Origin: a virus
Lineage: Duplodnaviria; Caudoviricetes
Direction: 5' to 3' (one strand)
Virus record (IMG/VR): IMGVR_UViG_3300048850_000166
Location: 1 to 40,357 of that record
Length of the DNA stretch: 40,357 bases
Shown: positions 33,958 through 40,357 of the stretch, in pieces
Layout: each line of letters starts with the position of its first letter
How positions within the stretch are numbered: position 1 is the stretch's first letter
The notes under the pieces: model-generated
Database searches by the model: none
What the model saw: the letters and a program-made list of their open reading frames with translations, nothing else
Told to the model about the DNA's origin: nothing
Made by a program: the position numbers and the translations under genes

Positions 33958-34220
33958 GCTCCACCGCTACGCCAACCGTATGGCCGAAGTCCGGCAACGA
34001 ACTGGTCGACAGCCTCATGAAGGCGGCTTTTGACCGCCCTCGCGATCCGCGCAGCTACCCCTACAAGCTGGGCGCCTTCAGTCTACTCGCCAGCCGCGCT
34101 ACGAACACCCCGCTTGCTCGCCCTTACGCACCAGGTACGGTAGATTTCGACGCCTTCCATGCTGGCGTGGATGAAGGCAAGGCGATATGGGCGCGTCACG
34201 ACGCGGAGGCCGCTCAATGA
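33954..34220 (+). CDS. Early hypothetical protein
   Basis: ATGA coupling at both ends. Confidence 0.7.
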   Translation: MSSTATPTVWPKSGNELVDSLMKAAFDRPRDPRSYPYKLGAFSLLASRATNTPLARPYAPGTVDFDAFHAGVDEGKAIWARHDAEAAQ

Positions 34221-34450
34221 TCCCCGCATCCGCCTTCCGCGACGCGATCAAGCGCTGCGCTGCCAATGCATCCAAAGACGCTCCGGCAGACGAAGAACGC
34301 CGCCTGGCTAACTTCGTTGCTCGGCTCTCGGCCTCGATGGAATCGCTTGGTGACCATGAACTTGACGCGATGCTCTGGGGGCTGCTGGACAGCCCCGAGC
34401 CGACCCGAGTCGCTCCGGCGTTCCCGCTGATGTCCATCCAGGCGGCATGA
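34217..34450 (+). CDS. Early hypothetical protein
   Basis: ATGA coupling, GGAGG SD. Confidence 0.65.
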   Translation: MIPASAFRDAIKRCAANASKDAPADEERRLANFVARLSASMESLGDHELDAMLWGLLDSPEPTRVAPAFPLMSIQAA

Positions 34451-34451
34451 C

Positions 34452-34550
34452 ATGGGCTTCCTCGCTCTCTACCGCTACTACCGTTTCATCGGCAAGCCAT
34501 TTCTCCTGTCCGTGCGCCTGGCACGCCAGCATCGGATGCCCAGGAGATAG
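34452..34550 (+). CDS. 32-aa basic peptide MGFLALYRYYRFIGKPFLLSVRLARQHRMPRR, absent from ORF track
   Basis: Hand translation; fills the gap between flanking genes. Confidence 0.45.
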   Translation: MGFLALYRYYRFIGKPFLLSVRLARQHRMPRR

Positions 34551-34552
34551 CC

Positions 34553-34741
34553 ATGCACCGCATCTCGCCAGATCGCGCAGCCCTCGAAATCGCGCACCGC
34601 GCGCTCGACACCGACGCCCAGCTGGACGAGATGCTGAAGAACCCGGCCCTCAAGATCATCTTGGAGGTCGTCGCCCGCCGGCACATGCAGCGCCGAGCGA
34701 GGATCGATGTGAAGAAGCTGCAGGCCAACGACAAAGATTGA
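34553..34741 (+). CDS. Early hypothetical protein
   Basis: AGGAG SD; 62 aa. Confidence 0.7.
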   Translation: MHRISPDRAALEIAHRALDTDAQLDEMLKNPALKIILEVVARRHMQRRARIDVKKLQANDKD

Positions 34742-34748
34742 CCACCAG

Positions 34749-35633
34749 ATGACAACACCGAACAGCCTCACCCCGAAGACCGCTTTCGTCTCGCTGAAAG
34801 TAGCTGCCGAGGACAAGAACAATCCGAGCGTATCGAAGGTCACCTCATTCGCGGTCGACCCGCTGGTCCTGAAGATCAGGGAGGGCTTCAACGCCCGTCC
34901 GCTAAACCAGGAGCACGTAGACGCCATGGCCCTGGCCCAGCGCAACGGGGCGGTATTCCCTCCACTCGACGTCTACGTCGAGGACGGCGAGATCTTCATC
35001 GTTGACGGCCACCATCGCCTTGCCGCCACCTTGAAGAACATCGCCGGCGGCTTCGAGATCAAGTCCCTGGAGGCGCGCCACTTCCGCGGCAACGACGCGG
35101 ACCGCGTGGCCCACATGCTCAACAGCGCATCCGGCCTGGCGCTGACGCCGCTGCAGCTTGGCGTCCAGTACCGCAAGCTGATCGGCTTCGGCTGGACCGA
35201 ACCGCAGATCGCGAACCGCCGCGGCAAGTCGGTTCAGCACGTCAAGGACATGATCCAGTTGGCCGAAGCGAACAGCGACGTGCACCAGCTCGTCAACGCC
35301 GGCCAGATCTCGGGCACCGCGGCGCTCAAGGCGGTTAAGCAGCACGGCAGCAAGGCCGGCGCGGTCATCCAGGAAGGCCTGGAGCAGGCTCGCGCCGAGG
35401 GCAAGGAGAAGGTCACGCCGAAGGCGCTCGCGCGCAGCAGCGCGCCGCGCAAGGCGGCTGATAAGTTCATCGTCGCTTGGCTCATCGCCAATGCGCAACC
35501 GCAGGGATGGCCGTTCCCAGGCGACACGCATCGCACCTACACGTTGAAGTTCCAAGTGCCAAACGAGGTCGCCCACAACGACGACCTGCACACGCTGCTC
35601 GCAAACGCAGCCTCCTATAACACCATCACCTGA
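34749..35633 (+). CDS. ParB/Srx-like domain protein with HTH
   Basis: GFNAR, IVDGHHRL motif, then HTH GWTEPQIANRRGKS. Confidence 0.85.
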   Translation: MTTPNSLTPKTAFVSLKVAAEDKNNPSVSKVTSFAVDPLVLKIREGFNARPLNQEHVDAMALAQRNGAVFPPLDVYVEDGEIFIVDGHHRLAATLKNIAGGFEIKSLEARHFRGNDADRVAHMLNSASGLALTPLQLGVQYRKLIGFGWTEPQIANRRGKSVQHVKDMIQLAEANSDVHQLVNAGQISGTAALKAVKQHGSKAGAVIQEGLEQARAEGKEKVTPKALARSSAPRKAADKFIVAWLIANAQPQGWPFPGDTHRTYTLKFQVPNEVAHNDDLHTLLANAASYNTIT

Positions 35634-35643
35634 AAGGACCACC

Positions 35644-35841
35644 ATGGACCGCAATACCATTGGCCCCGGCTCGCCCGTCAAGTTCGACAGCGAAGCCGGC
35701 CCGCAGCAAGGCACCGTCCAGCAGATCATGCAGGACATCGGCAACGGCGCGAAGATCGCCTTCGTGCGCGTCACCGGCACCCTGGACGGCGCGCCGTGGC
35801 GCGTCCCTGTCAACGAGCTGCAGCACGCGGAGGCAGCATGA
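35644..35841 (+). CDS. Small hypothetical protein
   Basis: AGGA SD; 65 aa; coupled to the next gene. Confidence 0.7.
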   Translation: MDRNTIGPGSPVKFDSEAGPQQGTVQQIMQDIGNGAKIAFVRVTGTLDGAPWRVPVNELQHAEAA

Positions 35842-36185
35842 GCGCGCAGGCATTCGGCGTATTTCTGCAGGATCTCCGCGATGGCCGCGCCCACTCGGAG
35901 CTGTCCGGCGGCCTGGCCGACTTGCTGGCTGCCGTCAAAGACACTGGCAAGGGCGGCACGCTGACCTTGCAGCTGAAGGTTAAGCCAGGCGCACGCGGCA
36001 AGGACGTGGACAAGGTGATCATCACCGATACCGTCAAGGTCGACCTGCCCAAGCCCGAGCGCGGCGAAGACTTCTTCTGGGTCACCGATGACAACGAGCT
36101 CTCGCGCAAGCACCCCCGCCAGCAGTCCCTTGAACTCCGCGAAGCACCTGCGGCACAGCCACTTCAACTGAAAGAAGCATCATGA
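35838..36185 (+). CDS. YfdP-like phage protein
   Basis: TGKGG.LTL.L.VKP, FF.T....LSR..P.Q..L; directly upstream of the DUF2303 gene. Confidence 0.75.
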   Translation: MSAQAFGVFLQDLRDGRAHSELSGGLADLLAAVKDTGKGGTLTLQLKVKPGARGKDVDKVIITDTVKVDLPKPERGEDFFWVTDDNELSRKHPRQQSLELREAPAAQPLQLKEAS

Positions 36186-37072
36186 ACGAATCCAAGAACA
36201 CGACCGCATCCGGCATCGTCGCCGGCCAGCTGGCCGCTGCCGCCGCCCAGGAACACCTCGACATTGGCAAGTCTACGATCGAGCAGCTGGGCGCCCTGAC
36301 CGTCGCCGCAGCGAATGTACGCTCGGTCGGCGATGCGCACTTCCTCATCCTGCCGCCAGAATACCGCCACCACGACGTCACCAAGACGATTGAAAGCGCA
36401 CTGCCCGAACCGCATCGCAAGAGCGGCACCATCGTCCTGTCCGATATCGCAAGCTTCCTCCAATTCGTTACCGACCAGGCCAAGCGTGACAGCTGCTACA
36501 TTTACGCCCACCCGGACACGCGCACCCTGACGGCCGTGCTGAATGATCACCGCCAGGGCGACGCCAACATCCCGGGCTGGCGCGACTTTCGTGTCAGCTA
36601 CACCGCGGAGCTGAGCCGCGAGTTCGCCGGCTGGCACAGGAACGATCGCAAGGTGATGGAGCAGGAAGAATTTGCCATCTTCCTTGAGGACAATGTGGCA
36701 GACATTAGCGAGCCCAGCGGCGAAACTATGCTGCAGGTCGCGCTGACACTGCAAGCAAAGACCGAGGTCGCGTTCAGCTCGCATCGCCGGCTCGACAACG
36801 GTCAGGTCCAGCTGTCGTACACCGAGAACATCGACGCCCGCGCCGGTGCTGGAGATGTCATGATCCCGCGCGAATTCGCCCTTGGCTTGCGCCTCTTCAA
36901 GAACGGCGATGGCTATAAGGTGCGCGCCCGCTTGAAGTACCGCCTGGCCGGCGGCAAGGTCAAGTTCTGGTACGAGCTGGATCGGGTCGAGAACGCCATC
37001 GAAGATGCATTCGCCGCGTACGTGTTCAAGGCGACCGAAAGCGGCTTCCCGGTCCTCATCGGCAAGCCGTAA
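36182..37072 (+). CDS. DUF2303 (YfdQ) family protein
   Basis: TAVLNDH, GW.DFR, QEEFA.FLEDN, RL.NG.VQL.Y, ARLKYR motifs. Confidence 0.88.
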   Translation: MNESKNTTASGIVAGQLAAAAAQEHLDIGKSTIEQLGALTVAAANVRSVGDAHFLILPPEYRHHDVTKTIESALPEPHRKSGTIVLSDIASFLQFVTDQAKRDSCYIYAHPDTRTLTAVLNDHRQGDANIPGWRDFRVSYTAELSREFAGWHRNDRKVMEQEEFAIFLEDNVADISEPSGETMLQVALTLQAKTEVAFSSHRRLDNGQVQLSYTENIDARAGAGDVMIPREFALGLRLFKNGDGYKVRARLKYRLAGGKVKFWYELDRVENAIEDAFAAYVFKATESGFPVLIGKP

Positions 37073-37086
37073 GCAGCGAGCCCGCC

Positions 37087-37500
37087 ATGCGTCGATTCCA
37101 CCGCCAATCCGCGTTTCAAGCCAAGGCCAATGTGCCGATGGTGACAGCTACCCGTGACCGGCTCGCACTGGAGATCCGCATGGCGGGCGAGCTGCTCGCT
37201 CTCCGTCCGACCATCGACGCCTACAACACCCTGTCGAAGATGCTGGCCGCGCTTAATCGCGCCGGCATGCGACCCGACGTCCTGGCGCCCGGCACCGCGC
37301 TGATGAACACGATCTGCGATCGGTACGAGCAGTCTGGTGCGATCACCGTGGAGCGCGAGGAGGCCGCTGGCCTGCGCCAGGTCGTCGCGAACATTGACGC
37401 CGCGCTGCACCGCGTGCCGCTGCAGCGCTTCAACCGCGCCGTGGCCGAAGTCGAGGCGTTCTTCGCTGTCACAAATACCGACTCCATCGAAAGGAATTAG
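37087..37500 (+). CDS. Hypothetical protein
   Basis: 137 aa, in operon. Confidence 0.7.
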   Translation: MRRFHRQSAFQAKANVPMVTATRDRLALEIRMAGELLALRPTIDAYNTLSKMLAALNRAGMRPDVLAPGTALMNTICDRYEQSGAITVEREEAAGLRQVVANIDAALHRVPLQRFNRAVAEVEAFFAVTNTDSIERN

Positions 37501-37504
37501 TAGC

Positions 37505-37699
37505 ATGAGCAGCTGGGGAACCCCGAGCCGTGTCAGCACCGACATCTACCGCGAGCGGACCGCTAGTGAGCGCCCGATCACCCTGCGCCGCCGGCGCTGC
37601 GCATGCGGGAAAGTCGTGACGACCAAGCAGCTCGTGCAGTACGGCGCGTGCGTGACGTGCGTACGCGCCGCCGCCAAGCAAATGCAGGAGGCCGCGTGA
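37505..37699 (+). CDS. Small Cys-rich (zinc-finger-like) protein
   Basis: CACG...CVTC; ATG 37505 with AGGA SD. Confidence 0.65.
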   Translation: MSSWGTPSRVSTDIYRERTASERPITLRRRRCACGKVVTTKQLVQYGACVTCVRAAAKQMQEAA

Positions 37700-38550
37700 A
37701 CGAGTCCATCGCATCCGTCTTGCGACCAGTGCTGCGCTATCACGGCGGCAAATTCCGTCTGGCGCCATGGATTCTGACATTCTTCCCGCGGCATCAGGTG
37801 TACGTCGAACCTTTCGGCGGCGGCGCATCGGTGCTGCTCCAAAAGCAGCCCGCCCCCACGGAGGTATCTAACGACCTCGACTCGCGCGTCGTGGGCCTGT
37901 TCCGTGTGCTGCGCAGTCCTGTGAAAGCCACAGAGCTGGCGCGCCGCCTTGAATTTACACCGTTCTCCCGAGAGGAATACGAAGGCTGGTGCTACGGCGA
38001 CCCGATCGACGATATCGACGCCGCCCACCAACTGATCGCACGCGGCTTCATGGGACAGTCGAGCAAGGGTATCTGGCAGCGCAGTGGACTGGATACGCGC
38101 ATTAACCCGGACGGCTACTGTTCTCGCGTGAGCGCCTTGCGCGCCGCACCGGATGCCTGTCGCACCGTGGCACAGCGCCTGGTCCGCGCGGTTATCGAAC
38201 ACGATGACGCAGTCAACGTAATTAAACGCCACGACCGACCTGACGCGCTGATCTACTGCGATCCCCCGTATCTCACGCCAGAAGGCCGCGGCACCCGCAT
38301 TTATACCCACGACTTCAAAGCTGAAGACCACCGCGCCCTCGCGGCTACACTGCGTGGGATGAAGTCCGCAATGGTCGTGCTGAGCCGCTACCCGAGCGCA
38401 CTGTATGACGAGCTGTTTCCAGACTGGCAGCGGCACCAGCGGAAAGCAATGGCTGATGGTGGCCGCGAACGCACAGAGATCGTTTGGCTTAACCAAGCAT
38501 GCACGGCCGCGCTCGAGCAACAGAACTTTCAGCAAAGGATGTTCGCATGA
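37696..38550 (+). CDS. DNA adenine methyltransferase (Dam/D12 class), orphan
   Basis: YHGGK, YVEPFGGGASV, NDLD, YCDPPY; GTGA-coupled start. Confidence 0.93.
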   Translation: MNESIASVLRPVLRYHGGKFRLAPWILTFFPRHQVYVEPFGGGASVLLQKQPAPTEVSNDLDSRVVGLFRVLRSPVKATELARRLEFTPFSREEYEGWCYGDPIDDIDAAHQLIARGFMGQSSKGIWQRSGLDTRINPDGYCSRVSALRAAPDACRTVAQRLVRAVIEHDDAVNVIKRHDRPDALIYCDPPYLTPEGRGTRIYTHDFKAEDHRALAATLRGMKSAMVVLSRYPSALYDELFPDWQRHQRKAMADGGRERTEIVWLNQACTAALEQQNFQQRMFA

Positions 38551-38804
38551 CCGGATCAGTACCAAACAACCAGGACGAGCCAAACGACCCGGCCGCGTAC
38601 AAGGAGCACCTGCTCCTGCTCAAGTCGATGCACTGCGCGCGACCGGTGATCCATAAGGGGCTAAAGCAGTTCATCTCCTGCCTGACCGCGAACCGCGACG
38701 GCGGGCGCATCTCGATGACCGTCTACCTGGCAGGCAAAGTCGGCGGCATCGACAGCAGCGAGATCGAAGTACGACCAACGAATAAGGAAGGAACCCCAGC
38801 ATGA
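38547..38804 (+). CDS. Hypothetical protein
   Basis: ATGA coupling at both ends. Confidence 0.65.
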   Translation: MTGSVPNNQDEPNDPAAYKEHLLLLKSMHCARPVIHKGLKQFISCLTANRDGGRISMTVYLAGKVGGIDSSEIEVRPTNKEGTPA

Positions 38805-39274
38805 CCCAAATGACATTGCAGGCGGTGCGCCAGCTCATCGCGAACGACTCATACGCGATCACGTTTCAGTCGATCGAGCAGTACCGCGCCACCTTGCTGC
38901 GCCATTTCGACAGCTTGGCGGATGCTCAAAGCGATTCACTCATCATCCAGTTTGACGCGATGGCCGGCGCTCCAGCTGCCGTACATGATCTGCTGGCCGA
39001 GCGCGCTCGCCAGCTCACCCATGGATGGACGCCTGGGAATGATGACATGATGCACACCAAAGGCGAGATGGCCACAGCAGCTGGCCTGTACGCGCTCTAC
39101 GCGCACGACCCAGTGAATGCGTCGAAAGAGTACGCGCCGCCGCACTGGCCTTGGCATCCGACCTGGTGGAAGCCAACCACTCCACGGCGCAACTTGGAAA
39201 AGGCCGGCGGGCTTATCCTGGCCGAGATGGAGCGGCTGGACCGCGCTGCTCAGCCCGAAAAAAGGGGCGCGTGA
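38801..39274 (+). CDS. Conserved phage hypothetical protein
   Basis: AER.RQ..GWTP..DD...WPW...WWKP...RRNL.KAG.LILAE.ERLDR domain common in phage early regions. Confidence 0.75.
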   Translation: MTQMTLQAVRQLIANDSYAITFQSIEQYRATLLRHFDSLADAQSDSLIIQFDAMAGAPAAVHDLLAERARQLTHGWTPGNDDMMHTKGEMATAAGLYALYAHDPVNASKEYAPPHWPWHPTWWKPTTPRRNLEKAGGLILAEMERLDRAAQPEKRGA

Positions 39275-39534
39275 TGGATGATGTGTTCGCAGACACCACC
39301 TACGGCAAGTTGGCCCTCGAAAAACTGGCCCCAGTTGCACCAAACTTCCGCCTATATTGCGCTGGCTGGCTGGGCGACAGCAATCAGCGTGACGTGATGG
39401 AGGTGACCGGCGCGGAGTTCCGCGAAGCCAAGCGTGGCCCGCGCAAGGGCCAGCTCTGCATCTTGGTCCCAGGCACCAAACGAACCGCCTACGTGACGGC
39501 AGATGAAATGGCGGCAGCGGAAGGTGAAGCATGA
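39274..39534 (+). CDS. Hypothetical protein
   Basis: TGATG coupling; 86 aa. Confidence 0.7.
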   Translation: MDDVFADTTYGKLALEKLAPVAPNFRLYCAGWLGDSNQRDVMEVTGAEFREAKRGPRKGQLCILVPGTKRTAYVTADEMAAAEGEA

Positions 39535-39854
39535 GTCGCGAGGTGATGGAACGCGACCTGCGCGCGCCGGAGTACCGCGAAGGCAAGCCGGATGAATACG
39601 AATTCCGCGGCGACGGCAAGATCGTGCGGAAGGACCGCTTCATGCGTGGCATGCAGGACATCGCCGCCATCCTCTTCGGCTCGCGCCACGACTACGAGAT
39701 CCCGACTGTAATCGCCGCTGTCCATAGCCTCCAGGGCGTGCGGTTCAGCGAAGCGCTGGATATGGCGCGTGACGTGTTCGAATCCGAGCCGAAGGCGCTG
39801 GAGTGCATTGAATACCTGAAGGCTGTTCTCGAATCCCAGAAGGAAAAATCATGA
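39531..39854 (+). CDS. Hypothetical protein
   Basis: ATGA coupling; YEFRGDGKIVRKDRF motif. Confidence 0.7.
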   Translation: MSREVMERDLRAPEYREGKPDEYEFRGDGKIVRKDRFMRGMQDIAAILFGSRHDYEIPTVIAAVHSLQGVRFSEALDMARDVFESEPKALECIEYLKAVLESQKEKS

Positions 39855-40357
39855 GCAACACAAATACCGCATCCCCTGAACTGCCGGGCCTCGAAATCCG
39901 CACGCACGAGCTGAAGACCGACCCGGAAGTGTTTGTCGCCGTTGTTGCTGGCAAGAAGACCCATGAAATCCGACTGAATGATCGCGGCTTCCAGGTTGGC
40001 GAAGATCTGCTGCTGCGCGAAACCGTAAGCAGCGGCGCCGAAATGAAGGCGGGCGCGCCACTGGTCTACACCGGCCGCGCCACCGTGCGCACCGTGAGCC
40101 ACATACAGACCGGCTACGGCTTGGCCGACGGCTGGTGCATCCTCTCGTTTGCTCGCTTCGATCACGCTCCCGCTCTTGCCGAGAAGGCCGAAGCGCCGGC
40201 CACCGAGGAACTTGTGCATGCGCTTCGGCAGGCCGAGCGCTTACTGCGCGCTGCTGGCTTCGCCATGACCGGCACAGCATCCTCGCAGATTGTCGCGGCC
40301 ATCTCAGCGCATTCCAAAGCCGCCCAGCTCGACGGCGCCCAGGGAGAGGGGAAATGA
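39851..40357 (+). CDS. DUF3850 (ASCH/PUA-like) domain protein
   Basis: HELKT.P..F.AV..GKKT.EIR.NDR.FQVG..L.LRE signature. Confidence 0.85.
   Translation: MSNTNTASPELPGLEIRTHELKTDPEVFVAVVAGKKTHEIRLNDRGFQVGEDLLLRETVSSGAEMKAGAPLVYTGRATVRTVSHIQTGYGLADGWCILSFARFDHAPALAEKAEAPATEELVHALRQAERLLRAAGFAMTGTASSQIVAAISAHSKAAQLDGAQGEGK

Larger units (their letters stand above)
1..40357. mobile_element. Temperate lambda-like siphophage genome, near complete and opened near int
   Basis: Integration, immunity, replication, packaging, head, tail and lysis modules all present; no host housekeeping genes. Confidence 0.93.

Noticed and set aside
34902-36167. Long minus-strand ORFs in the early region (also 37546..38583, 38936..39670)
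   Set aside because: Antisense shadows of well-supported plus-strand genes

Overview
Near-complete, lambda-like temperate siphophage (prophage or excised form). GC content and protein style suggest a betaproteobacterial, possibly Massilia-like host; that is inference only. The window opens with a tyrosine integrase and an AT-rich accessory zone around a 3'-half tRNA-His att core. This zone holds a HEPN-domain gene, two 93-aa GhoS/DUF2622-like paralogues on either side of att, and a hairpin-dense ~290-nt non-coding leader. The minus strand then carries lysis (Rz/Rz1, GH73 endolysin, holin), tail, head (fused protease-capsid, lambda-type portal, gpW), a Mor-family activator, GpA terminase, a cos-like region, an iteron-rich origin, a primase-helicase, and cII-like and cro genes. 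The plus strand carries cI, immunity-region accessory genes and the early operon (ParB-like, YfdP/YfdQ-like, adenine methylase, DUF3850). Non-coding signals read from the sequence: three copies of a 25-bp palindromic late-promoter element, five 16-bp repressor operators, several apparently leaderless promoters, a tail-chaperone -1 frameshift site and an NrdR-box-like palindrome. The best candidate for an undescribed system is the att-flanking HEPN + twin GhoS-like + structured RNA module. Family calls come from motif recognition, not database searches.
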